A stretch of 64,000 nucleotides of DNA. Source: Paragordius varius (Eukaryota > Animalia > Nematomorpha). The stretch is from the NCBI GenBank assembly GCA_964247055.1, contig OZ176053.1:7502001-7566000 (forward strand). The letters run 5' to 3'. Below, piece after piece: positions 35,001 through 48,270 of the stretch. Below the pieces are notes generated by a model. The model did not search any database. It saw nothing but the letters and a program-made list of their open reading frames with translations, and had not been told where the DNA came from. The position numbers and the translations under genes are program-made. How positions within the stretch are numbered: the stretch's first letter is position 1; the number at the start of each line of letters is the position of its first letter.

Positions 35001-36189
35001 AAATTTATATTTGATGACGACCTCGATTTTGAAATATTAAGAGAAAATTAAAATTAGACAAAAAGTGAAAATTAAGGATAATCCAAAAAATAATGATAAA
35101 ACTTGACATACTATGGTTTATTATCATTTTTAATATATAAATAGCTTCAAATCAAGTTATGGTTTGTATAAAATATCAGTTCAAAAGATGGAAAAAAATT
35201 TTATGTAACTATATAAAAATAATTATTTTTATTATACTAGCTAAACTCACTATTAAAAACATAAATTTTTTTATTCAGTATAAAAAATTAATCAAAATAA
35301 AACTAAAATATATTGTTTATTTTTTCATTTTTTTGTCATCTGGTTTATGAGCGTATATGTTTTTTTTGGATTTTACATGAGTGGTAATCATTAAGTATAT
35401 AATTTATGCAAAATTTAAAAGTAGTGGGATATCAACCAATAATCCTTACAAATCACTGTAACAAGTTTGTTTTATTACAAATTAATATTTTTACTGGGAT
35501 TTTGGATATTTGGGATAATACACTACTTGTAAGTCCTATATATGTTTTGATTTATATACTTAAATCCCGTTCATGTCAGACTCCAAAATAAAAGAGTAAA
35601 TTTCTATACACTCCTAAACCAGGTGACAAAAAAATGAAAAAATAAAAAATATTATACTTTTATTTTGTTATATAAGTTTTTTTACTAAATAAAATATGAA
35701 TTTTAAGATTTTAGTAGGGAGTTTAGCTAGTAAATAATTAAAAAAATTTAAATATAATTTTATAAAAAAAAATTTGTTTTTTAGGCATGTTAAAAGAAAA
35801 ACGCCTAGGTCGTAAACAAGTAAAAAATTTTACGGCAAAATTCGCTGGTTATAAGCTATCTTATTTAAAAATTATTTTGTTAAATTTTTTTTGAATACAG
35901 TGGAAGTTCATAGATGACCCATTTTAACAAAATTCATTCATTTCTTTATATTTTTTTGCATATATCCCGCAAATTATACATATAGTCTATAGTCAAATAT
36001 TACACGATAACACTTGGGTGTACTTTACTAAGCCTCGTCGTTTTTTTATTCTTGCGAACCAATCGCTTTAATTCCCTGTGCAATTTGCGTCCTCAAGACA
36101 TTTTTAGATCAGATCAAGGCTTATATTCTCCACGTTTTTACCCAACATCAAAGAGGTATAATAACACAGAAATCTCCAAAATAGTATAA
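32041..36189 (+). CDS. Membrane glycerophosphodiester phosphodiesterase (GDPD5/GDE2-GDPD4-GDPD2 family). Exons 32041-32223, 32255-32389, 32412-32484, 32511-32653, 32680-32746, 33323-33519, 33546-~34051, ~34131-~34306, ~34405-34556, 35986-36189
   Basis: Several TM segments, AKNDFDDFN, LWSNEW, PKIIGHRGAQYITPENT, AFETDVQISYDGIPFLLHD, LQRLNAGSWFIREDPF, SINVYVINRLWLFSYYWCLGVDSITT and a final TM exon, colinear with GDE2/GDPD5 as recalled. The start codon is inferred. Confidence 0.88.
34897..35923. mobile_element. ~1-kb inverted-repeat element (MITE; termini resemble Kolobok-type TTAA/RRGGGTCAT ends) in the last GDPD intron
   Basis: TTTAACAAAA...ATAAGATAGCTTATGACCAGCGAATT...TTGCCGCAAAAATTT (~34953-35010) is the reverse complement of ~35826-35884. 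Ends AAGCGGTCAT and ATGACCCATT|TTAA. Superfamily call is weak. Confidence 0.55.
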
Positions 36190-36612
36190 TTAAAATTGTT
36201 AAAGGGTATTTATTTTTTTATATTAGTAGATAAGAATTATAATAATAATTGCATTGGACTTTATAATGATAATAGTGAAATATTGAATAAATATTGTATG
36301 ATATGTCAACCAATGTACAGAATAATTTAGTAATAAATATATTTGTTTAATGCTAAATATTACAATTACATAATCGGCTTTAAAAAATAAATGTCACTCT
36401 CCTGCAAAATATAGAATATTATCGACCCAAAATAAATACACATAAAGGAAAATTATCTAATGGCTATAAAGTGTAAATCAATCGCATTGAGTATTTGGTT
36501 TCTTGTTATTGGGTGGTGAATTGCAAAAAATATTTCATCATAATGTAACATATAAAACGACAAATTATATTTTTCATGTTTTTCTGATTTTCATAAATCC
36601 GAATTTTGTTGA

Positions 36613-39374
36613 TTACATTTCTATTCGACAACCGGTTGTAGTTATTTGATAAGGAGGATCAAACGTTATATCGCATTTCACTTGATTGTTTGTATGATCT
36701 AGTTCAGGCACCTTGGCATCTGGATTTACGCTTACCTGTATAAGATTGAAATAAAAATAAATTGGGCATAGTTTTTGACACCAAGGGTGGAAAAGGCAAC
36801 ATTTTCCGTAATTTTAGTGAGGAGAGCATAAACTTAAAATCATTTTATATATTTTTATGTCATAAAAGCGATTTTTTAGCGTAAATAAATTAGTTGGGTA
36901 TATTTATCCCTTCTTCTGTCCTGATAACCATATTCGAAGCATAGGCACAATTATGATTTTTTATTATTACGAACCATATTGGAGTAATTAGGGCAAATAG
37001 TTTCATCAAAAATTTTATTTACAAAAGGTACCGCCTTATATTTCGTTCATTAAGCATAAAAATTTAATTTTACCCTAATTTTATTTTTTATTCTTTTCAA
37101 TTCTTTTTCTATGAAGTCTAAAAGTTGTCAAGCCACGATCGATGTCTCAAAATATATCCATCTAAAATTTTGATTCATACACATTTGGACCATTCACGTG
37201 AACTTTTTTTGCCGGCTACTTCATAGAAACATCTGGCCTAAGGCTCATTAACTTAACCCTGAGTTTTTCTCAATTCATGACGGCTTTAAGACTTGGCTGA
37301 CAGTGAAAAATTAATTTTTGGGGTTCTAACAATGGCATACCGTATTGTTTACGAGTTTGACATAAAAACCAATCTATCTCTACGGCCTAATTCTGATTAA
37401 ACCAGAAAGCAAAAATTGTACATAGTATATTTCATACCACTAAAGTATAATCTCCTGGTGCTACATCTGTCATGTCCACCCATTGGCAATCAATGTCATA
37501 TTTATAAACATCTATGCAACCGACAGAAATTCCTTGGTCTCCAAAGTCTCGGCATTGATACGTAGGGAAAGTATCATATCGGCATTGAGCATCTTCTAAG
37601 CAAAAACTAGCTTTTTGACCGTTTGCTACTGAATTCCCAAATTTATCAAGTATTCGATATACTGAGAATATTTCGAAACTATGGTAATGTCTAATAAATA
37701 AATGATATGGTATATATGATAAGTTTTGAGGAAATATGATTAAACAAATATAACATGCAGGAAAATGCGTATAAATATCTAACATGCATATTAGTGTGGC
37801 ATGCAATTAGTGCAAAGTGTAAGTGCATTTTTTAAAAAATTTCACGTTGTTTTATCATCTAAAATCAAGCGAAACATTATAAGCAGTTGAGTTAACAGGT
37901 TAGCAGAAAAAAGAAGGGCCCAGGGTTATTTAAGTTTTATAATCAATTACTGATGGCACTCGTGCCAATCCCACATATTTTTGGGTAAAAAGGGATTAAA
38001 TGGTGCCGTCCCTATATTCGCTATCGCCGTAGTAAATCGTAATAAATATCGTACATGATTCGCCCAATCTATTGCAACACAATGGTATGCATATAAACAT
38101 ATATCAAACATCAATTTTGTATCCATATAACTATAATATGTGTCATTCAAAAGTTTTTTTTACGGATTATGACCAAAACCTATTTTATATATCATATGAA
38201 ATAACCTCTATTCTAAAAACCTATAATTGTTGTATCCTTTTTTCTTGTAAAACTAAGTTATATATCCCATACTAAGCCTTATATATACAGACATTTTCGT
38301 ATTTTTTGCTAATATTTTTATATCAAAACTTTTAGTGTGCACGTCGTCTTATGTGAAGAGGTGATTATACTAAATCCGTGATTTATTTATTTTTTATTAC
38401 TCATGGCATTGATGCCAATCCCAATAATTTTTATTGAGATAGGGTAAGAATGGAGCTTTTCCAATGTTCGCTATGGCTAAAGTGAATCTTAATAAACTCC
38501 GTTTGTGTGTTTTCCAAGTTTCTACCAAAACATAAACGTGTTTTACGTCGATAAATAAATATAGATAAAGATTTTGTGTTAAATCTACCAAATCGATTCT
38601 CTCTGACGATATCATATGCTGAGGCGGAAATACAATTTTCTTCCATGGCACATGTTAAAGCAAGGAGTGGTGTCCTTTGTAAATGAATTGTTTGTTCTAA
38701 CTCCCGATAATCAACTACCAAATCCGGTAAATCTATTAGTATTTTATAATAACATATTTAAAATAACGTCTCAGTAAATTTGAAAAATATATTTTTAGGA
38801 CTTATCTTACATTAACAAAAATAACAATTATTAAAACCAATTGGTAATACACATAAATTTTATTATTGTTTAGCGATTTGATTAAGGTTAGAGTATCAAT
38901 CTAGACAACAATAAAATCAAAGTAATGCCATAACTTTAATAGATAACTTTTTACAAAATCTGTATTTGACTTCTTAAAGCTGAAATCGATCATGGATCAT
39001 GCAGCTCCAGATCAAACATCACACGCAAAAGCACCCACGCTTATATAATTAATAATTTAAATCATCTGACTGCTAAAATTAAATTAGGTTTTATTATTGT
39101 TTCAAATGCAACGTATTTCCCAATTGGTTTAACCGATTGCTGACTCTTCATGTACAAGACAACAAATTCTTACAAATTAATTTACTCATTTAATACATTA
39201 TGTTAAAATATGATACTTTGTCCACAATAAACTCCAGCAAAGCTTGATTGTCCCGGACAGTCAGGGGTTTTTGCATATCGACATTGTCCTAGATGGTGTT
39301 CCGCTCCTTGGCATGAAACTTGACTTAAAAGAACTGGTCCATAAGCAGTTCCGAAATGCGTTCCCTATGGTCAA

Positions 39375-39419
<45 letters not shown>

Positions 39420-42400
39420 TAAAAAAATTGATAAAACAAGCATTTTAAAAGATGGTGGCTATCTATATAATTAATTTGATTAATCGACCAATATTATATA
39501 AGTCATACCCTTTTTAATTATAGTTTTACCACATTTAAAGTAAACACTTTTAACCCAGCTCCACCTTTTTTATATTCACTTTTAAAATAAAAAATCTAAT
39601 GTTAATTGATAAAATTGTGAGCTTGAATGAAAAAAATATTGAGTTTGATAACGTGTATTTTAATTGTTTATAATGCGCTTCATTTTTTGACAATATAGGA
39701 ACACGGGTAAGCTTTCAGGGCTTCGATCGTTAAAATAGTTTTCAAAATTTATATTAGGTGTAATTTTTTTGGAAAAATATAAGTTATATTAGTTGATTTG
39801 GTAATATGTGAATTTTCTTCCTACACTCGTTTAAAGTTTAAATGGTAAGCATATCATTTATCATTTCATGGCAAAGTTACCTTTTAGCTAAGTATACAGG
39901 TCCCTCCTGTGTTTACACTTCATATATATTTTTTTAAAATTTTTAACAAAGAAAATTTTACTTGTACTGCTTGTTCAGCAAACCCAAAGTTTAACATTTT
40001 GCATATAACAGTTGCTTCCTTCAAACTCCACCCATCACCACAAATATAACCCCAATCGGATTGAGGAAATTTAATAGCTACTCTTCCGCTGTGACCGGCC
40101 CCACCCTCCAGTCTTACGCTGATCGATGCCATATCTTGACGCTAATCAATATTTTGATGAATGACAATGGAATAATTTTTGTATCAATCAATCAATTATA
40201 AGCTATAATTATTTAATACTTAATAATATCCAAAAACTCCGAATAAAAAAATATTGTGAATAAATACGTCTCTATAATAACCACTGTTTCCCCCACCACC
40301 AAAATAACCGGCAAAATCTCCTTGGGCAGCATTATTGGGCGCGACGGACACATACATATTTCGACTGTTATTGAATCTGCGTCTCGATGATTCTTCTAAG
40401 TAAGCTATGGTAGCGGATGGATCAGTTATTCTGGCTCCTGGTGAAAGGTTTGGCCTTATGACATTAATATTATTGGTGTTTTGAGGCGCATTACTTACCA
40501 AAGCTCGATTTAGGAGTGACGATTGATGTGAAGACGACACATTTCCACCACTAACATTCCCTATAAATTGGCGAAACTGTATGCCCCGCGTTATATTATT
40601 ATTCCTTCTGAAAATTATGTATGGACTATTTTCTGTCCGACTTTCGCTGTTCTCCCCTTCAGTTGCAAAAGCTGATGGAAGAGGTGCATCTCCAGATTCG
40701 TGATTTGGGTCAGTGTTATCAATAGTTATGCTTGTGACATCTGATCCCGTTTGTTGATTATCAGGTGGTGGTCTAATGTAACTTTGATCATCAAACCTAA
40801 TAATTTGGCGATGTCGACTATTTTGTCGCGTTTCATCTTCTGAGTTAGCAATTTGTCTTTGTCGATTTCTACGACGATTTATAGCAGCCGTAGTTTGGGA
40901 ATTTGTTGTGGTTTCGGATATGGACTCAATTTGATCATGTGTGTCAGAGCTGTAAATGGCAAAAATATTATGAGGAAAATTAATATATTTAAAGCAAGTG
41001 ACAGTGGGAGGGTGGAACTATATACATACATATGGAATGGAGTCAAAAACATCTTAAGTTTAAAATCAAAATATTGAAATTTATTTAATGTAAATAGCCA
41101 ACACTTATATGCTAACTTCGAATTTATTGTGTTTGAATATTGTTCGGATGCATCATCGTTTGATATTCTGTTTTCTTCGGGGTGTATTTCTGGCATTTTA
41201 CAGATGACACCAGCCGCTTCGCTAATTAAGCAATTATTTTTGCCCCATCGTTTTTGACAATTTTTGATTTGTTTTCCATTGCATGAAGGAGCGCGACATT
41301 CCATCAAACTTTCCTCATTACCATTGCAATTTAGGTTATCCAACCAATATTCTTGGCAAATAATATAAGAAAGAGATGAAAATGTATTTAATATTTTTTA
41401 AAAGATAATACATATTTCGGGCTTTTCCAAACATAGAAAAAAAGAGTCAATTTACGTTAAAACAAATTATATCTAATGGTTTGTTGCTTTTTTCTAGTTT
41501 AAAACCGATTTTTTTCCATTTTAACCTTTACATATAATGGTTAGGATTAGTTTTATATGCCTTTTTAGTTTAAATACATATCTGATAAAAACATACCTGT
41601 ATAATATTGTTTGCCCCCCCCCCCCCCCATGTTTTGTTTTCACTTTTTATAAAATATATAAAAATAAATTTAAGCCGGAAAGGGATTTTTCTCATGCGAT
41701 TCCCGCTACTAGTTTTAAAAGCATCCAAATATATCAACGCCACCCCCTAATAATTTAAATGCCATTGTGAATATAATAATAATAAATCTACTGACATTAA
41801 AAGTATATCAATTATTTGGGATTGGACTATTTCCCAATTAAAAAAAATCAGTATTTATACCAGAATTTAAGGGTGCTACCGAAAATTTAATCAAACAATA
41901 AATATTAAAGGGTGTTATAAATATTTATAAATAAAAAACTATACTTGATGTTACGATGCCATATTCTGAATTTCTTGTGTGCCTCACGGCTGATGGGAAT
42001 CCCAATTGTCGGCAAATGACTTGTGCTTCTTCCATGTCCCATTCATCGTCACAAATAAAACCCCAGGTGTTATTTAGATATATCTGTACATTACCCTGAT
42101 ATATGATTCCAGTGACTGGGTCTGCTAGGTTTCCTTCGCCCCCAGTCAATTTGATAGATCCAGCTTCAATATCAATCAATATAGTTTGAGCATTTAGTGT
42201 ACTGATTGAAAGTAGTAAAACTATAAATATTTTTAGAGTAGTTTTTGCAAGTAAATTTGTGTGAAGTTTGAATTTGACGCTTTGTATAACTTTAGATCTG
42301 CATTTTGTAGCAATATTTACTTGTTTACCATCTTTATCTTCGTTTTTACGGGTTTCGAACGGTTTGATATGACGGTTGTCAACAAAGGAAGTATCGATAA

Positions 42401-42671
42401 AAGAATAATTAGGGACTAGATCATGTTGGAAAGAATATGGTTGTTTGTTTGCATGGTCTGGTGTATGATATTGAGTTGTAGGTGTTGACAAGATATGTTT
42501 TACAAGGTGTAGAATTAGGGAGTAATAATAATTGTAGATGAAATGGACCAAACCACAAGATTTACGCATTTTTGGTTCGACTAATTTAAATTGCATCTCA
42601 TGTTCATTGTATAAAACTCTATTATCTTTGCCTTCTAAACTACTGTTTTCCGCCGCGGTATTGATTAACAT
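36613..42671 (-). CDS. Lysyl oxidase-like protein with two SRCR domains. Exons 42671-41945, 41351-~41117, 40949-40268, 40141-39962, 39364-39217, 38732-38589, [38521-38401 OR 38068-37951], 37690-37438, 36735-36613
   Basis: SRCR motifs (WGFICDDEWDMEEAQVICRQLG, YWLDNLNCNGNEESLMEC, WGYICGDGWSLKEATVICKMLNF). LOX domain LPDLVVD...CAMEENCIS, LLRFT, WDWHxCHxHYH, KASFCLED (LTQ Lys), DVYKYDIDCQWVD (LTQ Tyr), VNPDAKVPELDHTNN. Confidence 0.93.
37951..38068 (-). other. LOX alternative exon B (118 nt): DWANHVRYLLRFTTAIANIGTAPFNPFLPKNMWDWHECHQ
   Basis: Acceptor CAATAG|AT, donor CA|GTAATT, same phases as exon A, 27 of 40 aligned residues identical to A. Confidence 0.85.
38401..38521 (-). other. LOX alternative exon A (121 nt): ETWKTHKRSLLRFTLAIANIGKAPFLPYLNKNYWDWHQCHE
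   Basis: Acceptor GGTAG|AA, donor GA|GTAATA, phase 1 in and phase 2 out. Confidence 0.85.
39378..39417. repeat. (TA)~20 microsatellite in a LOX intron
   Basis: Perfect TA run read directly. Confidence 0.95.
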
Positions 42672-45600
42672 TATGGATGAAATAATTGTTACAGGATCAC
42701 TGTTATGATCTGTGTTAATTTAAATATAAATATAATGTAAAAATTATAAGGAGAATGTTTGTGAAAAAAATTGTTAAGGGCAAAACTGTATATGCTTTCT
42801 TTCGTATAGACGGAATATTTTACTTAAATATAAATGTAAATGTATCAATTTTAATATGAAAGATTGATTGATAATAAATATTAATATCACAACTTGTCAT
42901 AAGCGTATGAAATTACCTTTTTGCCCATGAAATTTAATATGTGCCTATAATTTCTTAATAATAATACGCGGCTAAAGACAACATTTTCAAACCAAGTTTT
43001 GTATTTTTTCATATTTATGGTAATTAATACCACCTCACGTAATGGTATCATCCACATCTTTTTCGAATATTTCCTATGTATATATCTTATATGTTTAAAT
43101 ATATTATGAAAACGCCCAATACAGGTTGATTTTTAACATTTGATATGTAACACTTGTAATGCATGGTATAAAATTATCTATTGGATAAAATTATTTAAAT
43201 TATACCTGTTGTATTACTTTCCCTTAAAACTTATGCTAATTAATTATTTTTTTATGTTTGGGATTTTAGTTTTTTTAACATAAAAATGTAAGATTTTTTT
43301 TTCGATATTAACACCTAAATGCAAATAAAAACAATGTCAACGATTATAATATATATATATATATATATAAGAAATTTAATTTTAATTTTTCATATTTAAC
43401 ATAATGGTGAAGAATGCATATTAAAAATCGAAAAAAGACCGTAATTTATTATAGCGTTATAACCGTTTAAGTTATATTGCGCTCACGTTACAATGGCAAC
43501 AGAAAAGGAAGGTCACTTTTGCATACATTAAAATACTTTTATTATCATATAAATTACATATATAAATTTTATGAGTATTATACAATATTATGTAGTTTAA
43601 GGGTGGTGGTATAATGTAAAATATTATACAAGTTTAAGGGTATAAAAATATTGTTAAAATAATTTAAAAAATTGTTTTAATAAATTATATTACCACCGTC
43701 AAATTTAGGATACTAACAAGCAATGGCTCAACATATATAACATTTTAACTAAAAGTAAAAATAACCTCATTTCGCCAGAATTTTTTCATAACAAAACAAA
43801 TATATAATATTTACATAAATCGAAAATATTTTTTGACAACTTTCATTTTCAAATCATGTTTTCTAAAGGGCTTATTCAGGCATGTATAAATAAAATACTT
43901 TTTTGTTAAAAAACAATTGGTATATAACATATTTTTGATAAAAATGAAAATTTACCTATTTTTTCCTTTTCCATTTCAATTAGCATAATTATCGTGCTAG
44001 GCGACAAATGTAAGGAACTCAGATTTAGAATAATAGTTCAAAAACTTAAGAATTTAACGAAAAAACGTAGCTATGGTGCTTGTAAATTTAGCCACAAAAG
44101 GTGTGAAAAAATATAAGTAAATGGTAGTATAATTTACTATTCAATATGTGAAATAAATTGGATAAACTTTGTCCGTCTATTATTTATTTAATCTTTTTTA
44201 AAAAAAAATAACAGGTAGAATCTATGGATATACGACACATTTCGAAAATTTTATTGATTATGGATAGATATGAAATTAAAGCAACTGTGTTAAAGAACAG
44301 GAGTGTTCGTATATTTTTATAAATCTCAATTCAAAGTAAAAACACTTTATTAATATGTTCTTAAGCGCATTTACCATTGTGAAAAATTGTTCTAAAATAG
44401 GTGAGAGACGCAGCACCGTTTTCTAAGATTTACCATTTTAATATTAGGAAAAATCTTCCGCTATTAGTTCTGTTTTTTTAGGCTGATTAGGTTTCATGAT
44501 ATTATATCATAATTTTAAAACTAGGAGTGAGGTGCATTCACTTTTAAGGAATTTGTATTATACAATCCTTTAAAAATTATAATCGATGGCAGTTTATTAG
44601 AGTGAAGAAGCAAAAAAAGTCACGAAAAGGTGGAGAGATGAATAATTAATATTTCTTTTTTCAATCATTTTCCTATATATTGTTTTAATTAACATACTAT
44701 TATATTATATTATTTATTAACAGGTAAAATATGGAAAATTTAATGAACATTAGTATGACATCCCATCCCTAAACACGATTGAGTCGAATCGATAAAAAAA
44801 GTGAAATGATAATTAAAAATTCAAAAGTGTCGAATAGAAAAAAAACGCTGTTTATGCACTCTGGCAGCAGCAGCATAGGGAGGTAGACTAATTAATGATA
44901 ACTTTGCTAAAACAATCAAAAAAATATAAATGTAATTCTATTCTCAATTATGAGTTATGATAACCGAACGAGCATGGTAATAAAATAGATAACATTATAT
45001 GATATGAATAATTGTTTAAAAAAATGAGTCACGTAAATGCTTGTATGTGTTAATGTATTCTTTAAAACAAACACCTGAGATATATAGGCATATATGAGTT
45101 GCTACCCTCTTGTAAAAATAAAAAATAGGTGTCATCATAGTTTTCGTTTTGGTATTTATTTGTGGTTATAATTATCTGTTATAATAAAGCATTCTGAATT
45201 GTATTTCTTCATATAATCACAATGACACACGCATATAAGTCACATATAACGAGAAAGTAGGGAGGAAAATATTTTTGAGTGCCATATAAAGTTTCATACA
45301 AAAGTTTTTTTCATAACTAACCACTTTTTTCATCTATATATATAGAGGAAAATTGACATTTCTTGTCGCTTAGTAAAGGTGTGATTTCATAACAAGGCGG
45401 ATGATAATCATGAATTATATTAGCAACAATTCCAATTTTTTTATTAGTTATGTTCGTTGCGTTGTAAAAAAATCCGAATATTATTTGTTGAATATCTTAA
45501 ACGATAAAAAAAATATTATGTAAATTTCTTACTGAAAGCCTTATATAATTAATACAAACTGTTGATTGTCCTATCTCTTTACCTTAGATTGTAATAATAT

Positions 45601-46393
45601 GTATTGCCTTTTCTACACCAAATTTATCCATCGCACTTATCATATATTTCTTTATCAATAGCCTATATTTATAGGAATTTACTTGAAAAAAAGCCTGATA
45701 AATATTTTTTATAAATGTACATACATAAACCACGAAGTAAAAAATATTTATTTAAGGTTAAGGGATTAGATTACCGAAAATTAATATAATATTTTGATTG
45801 ACTGACTGACTTACTATTACAATCATATCAGGTTCATAAGTAATAGGCTAATATATGGATAAAATAATATATTAGGCCAAATCTTATTTGTTTCGCAATG
45901 TAAACTATTTGTTTTTCTATTTTTGGATAGAAAAGCGATCAAACTTAGGAGCTCTATATTTGAATAATTAATTAACCTTTGAGGGTAATTGTAATTGGGT
46001 ATTCATTTACAAAAAAATGTTTTAATTCATTTAGATTTAATTATATGTGTTTTTAGGAAATATAATTTCAATAAATATACAATAGAAATAAGGTAAAAAA
46101 TAATACTGGTCCTCTCGTTCGTAATCAAAATAATATTTATGTTTTATGCAGCGATAATTGCAAATCCTATTTGTCAATGGAAACAATAGCTACAAACATC
46201 AAATAACATTAGAATTAATTTTATGTATCATTGATAATAAAATAATAATCGGAGTTTAATACCTTAAATATAATTATATCGAAATAAAATCAAATAGTTT
46301 TTTGGTTATTATAAAAATATTTGTTCTATAGCCCTTATTCTATAAGTAATTCGAAACTAAATTTTATCTTTATACTAATCTTTCTTCTCTTTT

Positions 46394-46935
46394 CAATTCG
46401 ATTCATATTGGGCTAAATACCCCAGACTACGATTAAATTGATAATTTTAAAATTTACTGAAAGAAATGGTCCCAATTTTAATTTATGCTTCTATCTAATA
46501 AAAATTATATAAATAAGTCGAAATATCTAAATAAAATTTATTTTTTTTTAAAAAGTTTCATATCAAACTAGTTCGACGCCATTTTAATGTCACATCATTT
46601 TTGCAAAATATCGTGTTTATATAATTTTAAAGGTAAAATATAAGCTAATACTTTATTTAAATCACATCTAATATTGAAAACAGAAAAAGTTGTTTATTTT
46701 GTATAAATGCACACATGTCATTTTGATTAAATTTTTACCTTTGTACCATAAAATAAGAAATAAAGTATTTTTGAATGGTTTTTTTATATTTCGGTTTATT
46801 AATGTTATATGAGTGCAAATTGCCATGGTTTCAATTCTTGCGTGTTTTTTAAAGTATTTGATTTCAAACAGGCCTGGGCCACCCAACTACCCCAATTCGA
46901 ATCGAAGACTCAAACAAATGTGTTGTGATCAAGTC
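46394..46935 (+). mobile_element. TTAA-flanked piggyBac-type MITE (~550-580 bp family), degraded copy 1
   Basis: Same internal sequence as 50495-51074 and 51985-52562 (TTCGATTCA...TACCCCAGACTA ... CAGGCCTGGG...CAACTACCCCAATT.GAATCGAAG). Right end AAGTC|TTAA. Confidence 0.8.
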
Positions 46936-48270
46936 TTAAATATCAATAAAACTAACACATGTTGTGTCTTTGATTCACACTTTATCACTTTTTCGGATAG
47001 TTTTGTGTCACAGAGCGATTTTAAATTCGATAACTTAAAAAGTATGCGAGATATTGAGCCAAATTTAAAATTCCCTCTTTAACCTTTTAGGGTTTTGATT
47101 CAAAACTAAAAATTGTAAAAAAAAACATTCTTATTTTTGCGCCGCATTTGTTATTTTTTTTTGAATTGCGCATTCAACAGGCAAATAAATGTATATATGA
47201 TGAAAAATTAACTTAAGTTTTAATTTTTTTTTAGATATTTTTCACTTTCTGTACTGGCTGCTTGTTTCAATCGAATTTTGGAGCTATCAAATTGAGATTT
47301 TTGAAGTTAGTCTACTGTTAAAAAGATGAGCTTTTTATGTGATACAGGAAAACAATGTGTGATAAATATTATAAGCAAAATAAATTTCAAAACTGGTGTT
47401 ATTTGCAAGTTTAAGCTCTGCCATACAAAATACCTTGAAATGTAGTCGTCTAAAAAATCAAAGATTAATGTGCTAATTATTATTATCCAAATATATTTTC
47501 GATAAAATTTTTATATCGTCGGATAGGGTGGAGTGATAAAAATAAGAAAATCCTTACCTTATAACTCTTCCTTATATTAGTCTGATAAAAAACATGATAA
47601 AAATATGACTTACGCAAGTCAAGGCTTATAATAAAGGTTCTATCCTACAAATTTGCCTCTAGAGATGATAAGAATCCTTACATAAATAAAATTCAGCCAT
47701 TTATCTAACCTAGGCATATAAAAATATATAAATATGGGAAATATAGTAAATAATGAGGTAATTAAGATAATAATCTTTTGTCTGAAAATCGTTAGCCAAC
47801 ATAAGTTAGCCGAAATCGAAAAGGGGGTTTATCAAATTTGTACAAAACATCCAACAGGTAGTTTAAAATTTGCAGGTCTATACAACTTATATTAATTTTA
47901 TTTAATTATAGTAACGAAGAATATATATATATATATATAATGATTGATAGCTTGTATCTTATTGATAAAGCCCAAGTTGCAAATATTTTTAAACAAATTT
48001 ATTTACCAAAGATATTTTTATTCTTATTAAACATTAGAAAGGTTTTTAAGTAGTTTGAAAAACTAATTTGTAACTTATTAAAAAAATGTATCTTTTAAGA
48101 AACGATTAGCCATTGTATTCGTATGACCTTCCTGTAATATTTTAGATTATCCCAGGGGTTAGAAAGCATTTAAATCGTTTGTTTTTTGTTTTTCACCTCA
48201 AGTGGATCCCCTTTCCATTTTTGGGATTAGATTTTAGGGGGAAAATATTAGTCAATCGACTTAAATAAAC

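Noticed and set aside
37691-38588. Docking/selector RNA pairings controlling the LOX alternative exons
   Set aside because: Only 5-7-bp complementarities were found by eye, expected by chance in AT-rich DNA. Needs folding and covariation analysis.
43598-43700. Short inverted repeat GGGTGGTGGTATAAT / ATATTACCACCGTC
   Set aside because: Too short and imperfect, no clear TSD, single copy in the window.
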